Below, one piece after another: positions 36,301-48,370 of a stretch of 64,000 nt of DNA (the first letter of the stretch is position 1; each line of letters starts with the position of its first letter). Below the pieces are notes generated by a model. That model did not search any database. It was not told where the DNA came from and saw only the letters and a program-made list of their open reading frames with translations. Origin of the DNA: Octopus sinensis (Eukaryota); assembly GCF_006345805.1 (NCBI RefSeq), contig NC_043024.1:744001-808000 (forward strand), in the 5' to 3' direction. Made by a program: the position numbers and the translations under genes.

Positions 36301-38454
36301 ATGCCATGGAAAAAGCATCCAAGCTGGCATCACATTATAGGCACCCCATGAAAGCAACCAGTACACGCTGTAAAGTGGTTGGCATTAGGAAGGGCATCTA
36401 GCGATAGAAAACATGACAAAACAGACAATTGGAGCTTGGTACAGCACTCCAGCCTCCCAGCTACAGTCAAACTCTCCAGCCCAGGCCAGCATGGAAAACA
36501 AACGTTAAATTACGATGATACTGGAGTTCAATCCTAGTCGAAGGAGATGTGTATATTTTTAAGTATAGGAACACTAAACGTAACATGGTAAGAGTCAAAA
36601 TACAGTCAAAACTATAAAAGAAAATGTGACGTCACATATGTTGTGTTGTTATTTACTACTCTAGTAATTAACATCAAATCAGAAACAGAGAAAAGTAGAC
36701 ATCAAACAGATGGCCATGCAAGGCTATAAAATAAGCAACAACATTTACTAAATGGTTTCAAATTTTGGCACAAGGTCAACAATTTTTACGTTAGTCCATG
36801 TTCAACTTGTACTTATTTTATCACCCTTGAAAGAATGAAAGGCCTTGACCTCAGCGGAGTTTGAACTCAGCACATAAAGAGCCAAAAGAAATACTGCTTA
36901 GCATGTTATCAAACATGATAACAATTTTGCCAGCAATCATAAGGATTGCCTTTAAATACACCAAGTTTTAACAGTTAAACGTTTGTGGCTATTTTTTTTT
37001 AATGAAATATAACCCATCTCAAAATTTTAGAAATAATCAAAAATTGGAAGAGTTTAGTAAGTAATTTCTCTATAATTAAACTCTGTTAGAAACACAAAAA
37101 AATTCTTGAACATTGGACCTCACGGAGGCAACAACAAATGACCAAGACCTTTGGTAATATGCTGTGCAAGTAATCTGAATGCTCAGGTGTTGAACAGATA
37201 ACAAATTGTGTGTTGCAGTATATATTGTGCAGTGATGAAAAAGATTTTCTTCTCTACAGCAGAACATGATGCAGGCATGACTATATGGTCAAGAAGTCCA
37301 CTTCAAAACCACATGGTTTCAGGTTTAATCAGGTTGTGCAACACCTTGGACAAGTGTCTGTTACCGTAACCTTGACCTGACCAACCAATGCCTTGTAAGT
37401 GAAATGAAAACTGTATGAAACCCATTTCACGGCTTCACTTGCCACCATCCTTGCGAAATGGTGAGATGAATAAAAATTCCTTTTCTTGAAAAACCAGTCA
37501 GGATTAGTGGCAGAAAGGCCATCTGCCACAAAATATTCCAGCACATTGGCCAATAAACATAATGCCAAGATCTGAAACTGTTGTTTTTAGCATACCCCAT
37601 GACCGGTAAGGTAGAGTTTATAAAAATCAAATTTTCAAAAAAATTTTAATAACATATATAAGTTTATGCTATTAATGGGGAGAAAATATTGAGAAACATC
37701 AATACTTGTCAGAGTGAGAAAGAAACAAGGTGGTCATGGGATATGCTAGAAACAACACCAAATCTACCTCGCACCTTTTTATCTGAAAATATTTTTTTTT
37801 TCTTTTTTGAACCAAAAAGGCTTCTCCTTTAGCTTTTAAATGCATAATGCCCATAAAATCGATCCAAAGAGGGGAAAATTTGGTGGGGGATGTCCATTTT
37901 CCAAAAGAAATTTATTTTTAAAAAGATACTCCAGATCATTTCCAAGAGCACTATGGAAAAAAATTCCTGTCAAAACAGAAATTTCAACCTTATGTGGGCC
38001 CCCTATTGCTGACGTCCACTGGCTCCCAAGCCAAAAAGAATTAATAGTTACAAATACAGCTAAAGAGTAATGAATCCAACAGATTCTGCTACAGTGGGAA
38101 TCAATGTTTCATCCATTCCCACTTTCGCAGACACAAAAGTGTGACGGGGTCAAAACAATTGGCAGACAAAATGAAAACAAAAACAACAAAAATCTCCAAA
38201 ATTCCAAAACAGCAAGAATTAAACAAACAAACACTGAACTATCAATCACAACTGTTTTGCAGCAAAAGCGTGAGATGGAGGGCAGCAACTGCTACTTGCA
38301 TTTACTCACCGTATGAGGGATATGATGGAATAAAAGGTTTTTGGAACTGATGGCTGGTTGATGGTGGCAGCGGAGACGGGCGATTGATGATGGAGCAATG
38401 AAAAGTAAGTGTTAAAAATAAATGAAGAAATTGATAACTAACATGCCAGCTTAC

Positions 38455-38553
38455 CATAACTCCTGGCCGAGGGAACAGGATTTGATGGAACTGCCCGATT
38501 TCCTAAAGTAGGAAATTCAGATAAATCCAAGCTGGGTTGTGAATTTTCTCCAG
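38455..38553 (-). CDS. CNOT2: CNOT2 coding exon
   Basis: tttcttttcAG / GTAAGC; 99 nt; (A)GENSQPSLDLSEFPTLGNRAVPSNPVPSARSY versus recalled human GSENVTGLDLSDFPAL...RAPY. Confidence 0.93.
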
Positions 38554-38625
38554 CTGAAAAGAAACAGAAGTTCAATTTAGGGAACAACTCAGTACGAGAC
38601 ATGATGATTGAATTACAGGGTTTAA

Positions 38626-38846
38626 CCCTTTAGTGTTCGCATTATTCTACCAAAATTAATGCTTCTTCATCCACATTGTTTTGAACTAATCATGCATTAT
38701 CTTGTAGTTATGAGATTTTGATGAGGTAGCTGTTAATTTTTAAAACGATATTGTAGGGTTGGTGTGAGAGACCGGATCTGACCAGTTTGAACATAAAAGA
38801 GGCAGAATACTTTTGGCCGGATATGGCCGGTTTAAATGCTAAAGGG
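38626..38846. mobile_element. ~220-bp piggyBac-type MITE, representative copy
   Basis: TTAA-CCCTTTAG...CTAAAGGG-TTAA; related copies near 10.4, 12.3, 12.5, 16.7/17.8, 24.9, 28.1, 41.8 and 43.1 kb. Confidence 0.85.
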
Positions 38847-38853
38847 TTAAGCT

Positions 38854-40137
38854 CAGCAGTTCTCAACCACAGCTCCCAGGGGACACATACGACATTTTAT
38901 CTGCCTACCTTGCAAAATGGAAATCATCCTGGAATTCATGTGTTGGAATATGTACCAATATGGCCCCATCTGTGACAGGCTCTATTAAAGGTTTTGTATT
39001 GCTTGTACAACAGCAAACATGTTATACGTACTCATTGGAGGTACCAGTTTCAAAAACAATACCAGTTGAGTTAAAGCAAGTATTAAACCATGTTGTTCAA
39101 ATGCTTAATTATATTAAAAGTAGGAACAAATTTGCATTGATATGGATTCCAAACACAAGCGCTTACTTTCACACACAAAAGTCAGGTGGCTCTCAAACGG
39201 TAAGGTGCATACATGAACTCCAGAAGGAATTGCATGCATTTTTTAAAGAAGAAAAGCTTGAACGCTTCTTGGAATATCTACAAAGTGAATTTTGGGTGTC
39301 TAAGCTGGAATATTTAACAGAGATATTTGCACAACTGAATAGTGACAACACAAGTATGTAAGGCAGAGTTGAAAACGTTCTCACTCTGACAGAAGCTGAT
39401 TTCATTTAAAAAGAAAGTTGTAATTTGGGAAAATAGAGCTGAAGGTGGTAACTATGAAATGTTTCCCTTAATACGTAAAAGCTGCATAACAGAAATGACT
39501 CCTATTGTATTTGAACATCTGACTAATCTGGAAGAAAAAATAAACTTTTATTTTCGCCATTGAACACAGGAGAGTATGATTGGGTTTGAAATCCCTTCAT
39601 AAAAGTTCCATCCAATATTGGTCTGAAAATGTGTGAAGAAGAGGAATTGGCATCCGGGATGCTTAGTTACCAATTCATACATTTTGGATTGCTATTATAG
39701 AAGAATAACCTCCAGTAACAAAACATGCTTTATCTGTTTTGATGCAGTTTTTCACATCGTATTTATGCGAGTTGGGATTTTCAACCCTCAATAACGTCAA
39801 ATCCAAAAATGAGAGAGAGAGAGAAAGGGGCTCTGTTGCATCAAAGAAGAAATGAGGGTTTGTCTTTCTCAAATACGTCCCAATATTGAAAACGTCTCCA
39901 AAAGACATCAAGTGCATCTTTTTCATTGATAACCTTGCTTCATGAATTGAATAAGAAGTAAGTAAATGCAATTTTTCTGTATTTTGAATTATCTGTAAAC
40001 TGCCAAATCGTTTATGCTATGCCAATATGTATAAAAACCCCTTTTGAATAAATTTTACAATTTATGTACAAAATGTGCCAAAATACTTAGACTTCTTGTA
40101 AGGTGCACCATGAATAGAAAAAGTTTGGGAACCGCTG
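38854..40137 (+). mobile_element. Decayed hAT (Buster/Charlie-type) transposon with transposase remnants
   Basis: Termini CAGCAGTTCTCAA ... TTGGGAACCGCTG; remnants ELKQVLNHVVQMLNYIKSR, FWVSKLEYLTEIFAQLN and hATC-like EEYPPVTKHALSVLMQFFTSYLCELGFSTL. Confidence 0.87.
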
Positions 40138-40419
40138 GTCTAGAACTTCCATTACTATAATTGCAGATACTTAAAGCTGACTATGTTATTCTGATGCATT
40201 TAGGGTGAAAATGAGGTCCTTGATTACACCATGTTAGAAGGTATCACAAGTAGCTTCGTTCTTATTTTATTTTCTGAAATAAATGTTTACAGAATTGAAG
40301 TTATTCATGTTTGTATTGAATGGCAGATGTGAGAGAGATTTTTTTTCAAAGTGATGCAGAAAGAAATAACCGTAAATTTATGTTGTGTGCAGAGATATTC
40401 AAACATAGCTGATATTTAC

Positions 40420-40475
40420 CTCTAGCTTGTGATAACCCAAAAGATCCAGATATACTCGTAATAGGATTGCTGGAG
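40420..40475 (-). CDS. CNOT2: CNOT2 coding exon
   Basis: tattatctccAG / GTAAAT; 56 nt, phase 2 to 1; SSNPITSISGSFGLSQAR; second in-frame AG 6 nt further in. Confidence 0.85.
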
Positions 40476-41548
40476 CTGGAGATAATACAAAGACAATAAA
40501 GTAAGAAAAGAAAAAGAAAAGTTGTTGAATATGAAATGTTTAAATATTAACCCTTTCGTTACCAACATGTCCCAAATCTTTCCACAATATATTATTAATC
40601 CACCTGAAATGACCAGTAATTTGAACTGCTTTGAGACAAAAAAATAATACAAATTAACAATCATCTCAAAATATAGTAACGAACAGGTTTTATGTACATT
40701 AAATGCTGATTGCTAACTTAATTGCTCATCTTAATGCGTAACAAAAATATAGATATATGTACGTGTGTGTGTATGTGTATATATATAGATATCATTTAAC
40801 ATTTGCTTTCCATGCTGGCATGGGTTGGACGGGAGCTACCAGGGTAGAAGACTGCACCAGGCTTTACTGTTTTGGCAGAGTTTCTACAGCTGGATGCTCT
40901 TCCTAACACCAGCCACCCAACAGAGTGGACCAAGGGCTTTCTACATGGCACCAGCACATGTGAGGTCTGTTTTAGCATGGCTTTTTACAGTTGGATGCCA
41001 TTCCAAATGCCAACCACTTTACAGTGTGGGCCGGATGCTACAGTATATCCAATATATATCAATTTCAATTTAGCTAAAATGCTAATAAACATTAAAAAAA
41101 TATGCTTGGTTCAATATATGTACAGGTGTAGCTGCATGATAAGAAGTTTGCTCCTCAACCACCTGGTTTGGGGTTCAGTCCTACTGTGTGGCACGTCGGG
41201 CAAGTATGTTCTACAATACCCCTGGTCGACCAATTCCTAGTGAGTGGATTTGGTAAGCAGCAAAACTGAAAGCAGCCCATTATGTGTGTGTGTGTGTGTG
41301 TGTGTGTGTAGCTGTCTCCTTGTTGCAATGTTGAAATGATAGTTGCAGGTGAGTGTCACCATCATGCAAGCATCTATCATTTCCAATCTTCTGTGAACAT
41401 ATACCTTAGCCATGGAGATATGTAACCTTGCTTAGAAACAGGTGTGAGTTGGCAATAAAATATCTATTTTAACAAATTCAGTTTGACCCATGCAATCATA
41501 AAAGGTGGACATTAAAACAACAATAATGATGATGACAATGGCACTTAC

Positions 41549-41656
41549 TTCCCAAGAGCAGAAGATATGGATGACCGCTTCTGTAAACCCGTTATTGATT
41601 GGTTGCTTTGTGTTTGCCCAAGAAGGTTCCGATGACCAATACTTGAAATTAAGCTC
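41549..41656 (-). CDS. CNOT2: CNOT2 coding exon
   Basis: tgtttttcAG / GTAAGT; 108 nt; (R)SLISSIGHRNLLGQTQSNQSITGLQKRSSISSALG(N). Confidence 0.88.
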
Positions 41657-42419
41657 CTGAAAAACAGGGATGTTTTTAGAAGAGAAAAGTTGCATGAGAC
41701 TTAAAAAGGGTGGGAACTGAGATAAAGACTACTTAACCCCTTAGAAATGATCCCTCCCAAGGTTACCTTTCATTTATCAAACACACCTTCCCCTGCTGTT
41801 AATCCTTTAGCATTCAGATTCCTCTGCCAAATGCAATGATTATTTGTTCACATTGTTTTCAATTAATCATGGATTATCTTGGAGCCTTGAGATTTCGATG
41901 TTGATTATTTTTGGAATGACAATGCAGAGTAGGTGTAAGAGGCCAGATCTGGCTAGTTGAACCCCTGAGCATTCAGATTTCTGTCAAATGTAATGCTTAT
42001 TCCCATTGTTTTCAATTAATCATGCTGTATCTTGTAGCTTTGAGATTTCGATGACGCAATCTGTTATTTTTATATCATCTCATATAATGTGAAGACAAGG
42101 AGACACAAACATGGGTTCACACCTTTCTGTCTACAGCAAGAAAGTTTCACCGCGACAAAACGCAGTGAATGGCTTTCATACAGGTTCAAATACGCTTCAA
42201 GAGTATTTGAACTAGTTACAAGTTTTCCTGTATATATAATGCTTTTTATTAACTTATTTCAGAGCAGAATTGAAATGGAAGAAGACAGAAAAGCTACACT
42301 TAAAAGATGCTATAAAACAGACAGTATCCACTCTATAGGAGTTGAATAACAACCTTGATGATAATGAGCATAGAAAGTAAGAGACCTGGATGTTAAAGTA
42401 ACAGTAAATAATAAAATGT

Positions 42420-42650
42420 AGTGGCGAGCTGGCAGAAACGTTAGCACGCCGGGCGAAATGCTTAGCAGTATTTCATCTGCGTTACGTTATGAGTTCAAAT
42501 TCCGCCGAGGTCGACTTTGCCTTTCATCCTTTCGGGGTCAATAAATTAAGTACCAGTTACACACTGGGGTCGATGTAATCGACTTAATACCTATGTCTGT
42601 CCTTGTTTGTCCCCTCTGTGTTTAGCCCCTTGTGGGTAATAAAGAAATAA
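42420..42650 (+). mobile_element. tRNA-derived SINE, well-preserved copy
   Basis: GGCGAGCTGGCAGAAACGTTAGCACG...GAGTTCAAATTCC (A/B boxes), central GCCTTTCATCCTTTCGGGGTC, AATAAAGAAATAA tail; other copies ~19.8, 23.1, 23.3, 36.8 and 49.9-50.2 kb. Confidence 0.85.
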
Positions 42651-42686
42651 GTAAATAATAAAAGGTGAAATGGCAATAAATTTTAC

Positions 42687-42828
42687 CTGCTTGGGGACGC
42701 TTGCGTCAATGGTGGTAGACCTAAAGAAAAGTTTGGGTTTATATTTGTTGGTGTAACATGACCCTGATTAGTGCGTGGAAACTGTGAGCCACCTAGACTT
42801 CGAGGAGGCATCTGTGAACTGTTGAGAT
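42687..42828 (-). CDS. CNOT2: CNOT2 coding exon
   Basis: gtatttttAG / GTAAAA; 142 nt; LNSSQMPPRSLGGSQFPRTNQGHVTPTNINPNFSLGLPPLTQASPSR, compare recalled human SHVTPT...PSPSR. Confidence 0.92.
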
Positions 42829-43866
42829 CTAAAAATACAGAAATTAAGTCTGCAATTATAATTCTATAACATCTCGTTTATCTAAATGAACAAGAAAGTT
42901 AGCTATTGTTCTTTTCTATTTTATTTAAAGATTTAAGAAAAAAAATTTAATTTCATTAAACACATGTACACACACACACAATCATTTTAGTGTCTACTTT
43001 TCTATGCTGTATGGGTGAAAGCGAGTCAGAGCAGATTTTCTACAGCTGGATGCCCTTCCTGAAGCCAACCCTCACCAGTCTCCAAAGTGATATTTTCCTC
43101 TGGTCAGACATGTTTTTTTCATTCACATTGTTTTCAATTAACCATGTATTAAATTTTGATGATGTGATTGAATATTTTTAGAATGGCATTGAAGGGTACG
43201 TGTAATAGGCTGGATCTGGCTGGTTAGAACAGTAGCATATTTAGGCCAAATATAGCCAGTTTAAATGCTAAAGGGTTAAGCATACACGAGTCCAGCATCA
43301 TAGCCACTACACAAGTTTGTTTCTCCCACACAAAGTAAATAAAACAGGTCATGTCATGTCCATGCTTCATTTGTGTCTATCTGACGACCAGCTAAGTCAA
43401 CAGCAGCAAGGCATTTGGCCATAAAACACTGCTTGAGAAAAATTATCCAGTACTTCCAAATGAGTCGTAGCAAGAGCTGAAAAAGGGAAGACCTTTCTAC
43501 TTAATATCCTGGTGAGAGCATTAACAATGAACTGAACAACATGTTCAAAAAGCCATTGTGTTACACCAGAGAAAGTGCCTATGCAGTCAACAGATCTACA
43601 AGAAAAAGCAACCAAATCTCCTTCAAATCACACTAGTTTTATATAAAGATACATTCAACAATGGCCATAGTGAAAATGCCTTTGATTGCATTTCTGCTCA
43701 ATTGAGTCTGATCTGGGCCAAGGTAACAATGAAACTTTGTCTTGGGTAATCTAACATTAACTGGTACATGACCTGAGTCACGGTTGAATGACAATGGATA
43801 GGGTTACATGTGAGCTAATAAACAACAATAAAACAGGCTAGAAAAAAAAAAGTTCTTTTTACAAAC

Positions 43867-43935
43867 CAGGCCATCCATTTTGTGACATCCAGTCTGTATT
43901 AGGGTTTGACAAGGGCATCGTGTTCGTATATTTCA
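43867..43935 (-). CDS. CNOT2: Candidate in-frame CNOT2 cassette exon (23 aa)
   Basis: Strong acceptor ttttctttccttcccgccAG, donor G/GTTTGT; 69 nt, phase 1/1, open: MKYTNTMPLSNPNTDWMSQNGWP. Confidence 0.6.
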
Positions 43936-45859
43936 CTGGCGGGAAGGAAAGAAAATACATAATATAATAAAGACACTGAATTACCCATATTTATACTTTA
44001 CACTACAAAAAAAAAAAAAAAAAAAAGGAAATGAGAAATAAGGAAAGCTTCTAACAATGGACAAAGTTTTTCAGAAATAGTCATGTCAAATCATCAGCAA
44101 CAAAACAGCTCGACCAAACTGTGTCACCACTAGTTTTTATCTACCAAATTCATTGACAAACTATTGGTCAGCCCATGATACTTCACTACTGATGGTGCAG
44201 TACAGTGGGACTGAACCCTAAACCACATGGTTACAAAGTTAACTTTTTAACCACACAGCCATGACTGTAACTTTATATGTTAGTACTAAATGCTGGAGTT
44301 GATCAATTGAAACCTCATTTATCCATCATACTATAAGATCATCATCATCATCCTTCAATGTCCATCTTCCATTCTAGCATGGGTTGGCACCAGGTTCCAT
44401 TGCCTGGTTTGGCATGGTTTCTATGGCTGGATGCCCTTCGTAACACCAATCACTTTTCACAATGTACTGTGTGCTTTTTACGTGGCACCAAAACCAGTGC
44501 TTTTTAAATATGGAACTATTTTTAAAAGGTAGGTTAGATTCAAAGGTTTAAATATTATTTAATTTTTTAAAATATATTTTTACTTTAGAAAATATCAATT
44601 AACAAATATTATAATTGTATTTGTATATGTTGCTGTCTCATTGGCCTTGTGGATAAAGGTGTTTGCAGACAACGACGCACATAAAAGTGGAGAGTTCAAT
44701 CTCTGCTACATGTAGCAAAGGTGTCTTATATACAGTATATATATAAACCATATCTCATGGTATAAAACACACGTGGAAAGATTAAATGCATCCTCAATTT
44801 CAGCAGGTGAAAACGGTTTTAATACATTGAAGCATATAACATAGACCAAGCTTCACACACAGGACCTGGGGTGAATTTTTTGAGGGGGAAAAAAGTGTCT
44901 TACATACCATCAAATTTGGTTAAAAGCTGTGGTTTTACAGATGAAACTTCAGATTCCTCACATCCTACAACACACAAACTTTACTAAATCAGAACAAGAC
45001 AACAAGCCAATGAGGGAGCTTCTAAGTCAGTCAGGGGCAAACTACAGCTTCTGGGACTTTCTGAATGGCACAGTCCACACTGTGAAGTGGTTGGCATTTG
45101 GAAGGGCATCCAGCTGTAAAAATCATGCCAAAACTGACCTTGCCTGTGCTGGTGCCATGTAAAAAGCACTCAGTCCACTTTGCTCGGTGGTTGGTGGTCA
45201 GAAGGGCACCCAGCCATAAAAACCATCCCAAAACAGACAGTGAAGCCTGGTGCAGCCTTCTACCTAGCCAACTCTTGTGAAACCGTCCAACCCATGCCTG
45301 CATGGAAGGTGGATGTTAAACGATGATGATGATGATGATGGTCCACCTCATGATAACGAATTCTATATGACCCCATTACTTAAAAAAAAAAAAAAAGTCT
45401 AGACTAAGAGGTCACTTAAACTGCTGACAATAGCAGCCGAAATGCCCCCCGAATCACAGGCTAATGGCTCAGAAAAGAACTCTGGGAATAATATTAATTG
45501 CTTGTAAGGACACCGCGTTTCATTATGCAACCATAATCATAATATACTACCGAGCACATAAAAGGCTTGTAAGTCAATACTGCGCCCCACCTGTGTTAAC
45601 AGTGCTACACAATCACGGTTTTCCATGGAAATTCAAGCCAACCCTGATGTCTCTATCTTCGATTGCAATGTTTACATTTCTAATTTCTGCAGACAATCTG
45701 TAGAGAAAACTTTAATCAGAGAATAATGTCTCAACAAAACAGACCAGATGGTCATGGCTGGAAGCCTTTGATCATAGATCCACTCAGTCAGGACTAACCT
45801 AAGACTAATCAACAATAACACTAAGAGAATCAATAATAAACTATTATAAGACCACTTAC

Positions 45860-45920
45860 TCTGGTTATAAAAGTGACTTGTTAATGTAGATAACTGTGAT
45901 GGGGATTGTGATGTCAAAAC
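45860..45920 (-). CDS. CNOT2: CNOT2 coding exon
   Basis: ctcttcccgacAG / GTAAGT; 61 nt; VLTSQSPSQLSTLTSHFYNQ, compare recalled human MLASPSTSGQLSQFGASLYGQQ. Confidence 0.88.
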
Positions 45921-46123
45921 CTGTCGGGAAGAGAAATGAAATACATTTAAAACTTCAATTCTAAATCAACACAGCAAGAAGTACCTAAACTATTATTATT
46001 ATTAAATTCATTGCATTGCTTTCCTAACAAAAGGCTTTTTAAAGAAAGATTTTTTTTACAGCCATGTGGTTGTAAAATGAATTTCATTTTAAAAACTATT
46101 TAAATGTTCAGAAGAAATCTTAC

Positions 46124-46189
46124 CTCTTTGTCAGGTCTAAAAATTTGGGGCATATAAAAACTAGGTTCATCCTCCTCTTCAAAAAAAGT
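46124..46189 (-). CDS. CNOT2: CNOT2 coding exon
   Basis: ttttcttccAG / GTAAGA; 66 nt; TFFEEEDEPSFYMPQIFRPDKE, compare recalled human FVEG..DENMYYSQSSMFPHRSEKD. Confidence 0.87.
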
Positions 46190-47169
46190 CTGGAAGAAAA
46201 AAAAAAATTTCAATTAATAAAAAGAATGGCAATTATTTTTTTTTATTTGCCACAAGGGCAATTAATGAGAATATTATGAGGACAAATTACAAAAAAGGGG
46301 GAAAAAAAGGATGAAGAAAATGGTGGTTCTATAGAAATGAGGAGAAAAGAATATAGCTTTTTTTCTCTGTGTGTGTGTATCCACCCTGACACATCTCCAC
46401 CATCCTTGATACCTTTCCAGCTGGGATACCCCTATGTATCTCTTCTATGTCAAGACACCTGTCTCTGCCAATAACATTTATGCAGGTAAGTGATCTTTGT
46501 CTCCAAAATATAACCTCTAACACAGGTGTTCAGCACAATAACAGCAACCAACAAACGTTAATTCTGTATTGAACGATTATCCTAGAAATGAGTGGAATCT
46601 ATCCCCCAAAATCTCCTCTTTCGTCTTATGCTCAAACCAAGTGTTTTCAGTCCTTATGAGTAACCTAGTCTATACATTCATCATCATCACTCATTTTTAC
46701 ATCTGCTTTTCTTTGCTGGCATGGGTTGGATGCATCATCACAGTCTGAGCCACAATTTATTTGATGTTATCATCTGCTTAAATAGGTTAGGAGACCACTT
46801 CTCTCATACATTTAAAGTCTGGTATAATTTCTACTATTAGGAGTCTTTTCTAACACCAACCACCTTACAGTGTACACTGGGTACATTTTATAGGGACACC
46901 AACACTAAAGAGGTTGTCAGGTCCAACTGTATGTTGTTTCCCTTCTTTCACTGACCACTTTACAGAGTGTACAAAGAGAATTTTTTCATCATGGGGCAGC
47001 ATGTATCCAGGAAGGCAAAAGGGGTTATTCATCACTGCCCTATTACGTTTATGTGACCAATAAAGTGAATATAAGAGAAAACAACTACAGAAGATGAACT
47101 CAGATGAAGAACGAAGCAAGAGTATAAAAGAGAAAATGAGATGGAGGTGGAAATGTGGAAGGGGTAGGA

Positions 47170-47492
47170 TGGTGGTTCTCAACAGGGGTCCATAGAAGAT
47201 TTGGGGGAGTCCACATAACAAAATACTAAACTGGGGATCTACAATAATATTTTAAGGGCCTTTGAAAAAAATTTGCTTTAGATATGTGTAGTGGTATGTA
47301 TTGCAAGAAACAGCAGGGTTCCTTTAATATTTTACAGAGTTCAACCAGCACAAGTTAATGTGAGAAAGACAAAATAGGAATTTTGACAGAAGTTTCCATA
47401 AAACTAGTTTGTAAATCTTGAATGGCAATAGGGGTCCACCAGGGTAAAAGAATCTAAGGAGTGCATAAATAAAAAATGGTTGAAAATCCCTG
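47170..47492. mobile_element. hAT (Buster-type) MITE with 8-bp target site duplication
   Basis: Ends TGGTGGTTCTCAAC / GTTGAAAATCCCTG; flanks GGGTAGGA (47162-69) and GAGTAGGA (47493-500), NNNTANNN pattern. Confidence 0.82.
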
Positions 47493-48124
47493 GAGTAGGA
47501 GAAAATAGAGAGAGAATATTGGGAGTAATGGAAGGGAGAGTGGAGGTAGAATGTAATGAGAGAAATATAGGGTCCATATAGGCAAAAGGCCCAGATGTCG
47601 AAATATATATTAGTGACAGAAGCAGTATTAATACGGAGATGTAATGCTTATCCCCACTTAAATATGGATGTTCTTAGAATAAACTTTATTTTGGTAGTTA
47701 CCAGGAGAGAAATTCTCATACCAGCCTTTTGGCACAAAATGCACTCTTCAACCTCCATCACTGTTTTCAGGCTTGCAGGTGTGTATCACCAATTAACACA
47801 TTGGGTTGTCAGATAAATTTGTTTCTTTCTTTCCAACGTTAGTTGAATTCACACAAAAGATATTTTAATCATAATATTTTATAGGGTTTTTTTTTTTATA
47901 ATTTTGTAGCTATATTCTTCCTCGACAACTTTTGTTTGTTGTTTTTGAAATTTGAATGAATGAATACCTCTTCACAGACACATGAAAAATGGAGATTAAA
48001 ATAAATGTGTGTGTGTGGGGGGGTTGACAATCCAGTGTGTGTGTGTGTGTTTGCAGAGTAAAATGTAGTGTGGTTTATAAATAAATAAATACATATCCAG
48101 ATTGATATCCATATAGAAGCAAAT

Positions 48125-48166
48125 GAATCCTGATGAGCTGTAAGGATGGATGAAACTAGTTGGTTC
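48125..48166 (+). ncRNA. Minimal type I hammerhead ribozyme-like motif (Penelope type), probably decayed
   Basis: GAATC-CTGATGA-GCTGTAAGGATGGAT-GAAA-CTAG-TT-GGTTC: core boxes intact, palindromic stem III, 5-bp stem I, weak stem II. Confidence 0.5.
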
Positions 48167-48319
48167 TATTCTACAGGGTTTGTCATGGTTGAAATACAGT
48201 TAATCAACCTAAAAATGACACGACATCCATTACGTGAAACTGCAACATTAATAACTTTCTCAAAAGATGGTTCCAAGAACAGAGGTGAAATATGAATGAA
48301 GAAAGCAAGCCCTGGTTAC

Positions 48320-48336
48320 CTTTCTGGCTTTAGGTG

Positions 48337-48370
<34 letters not shown>

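Noticed and set aside
38310-38411. In-frame proline-rich exon (LTFHCSIINRPSPLPP...PSY) created by AA-to-AG editing
   Set aside because: It needs a non-genomic acceptor and a 43-nt intron; the genomic AG at 38354-55 is the simpler reading.
38960-39361. Domesticated ZBED/Buster-like host gene
   Set aside because: Deletions, frameshifts and stops, with transposon termini retained; a decayed TE.
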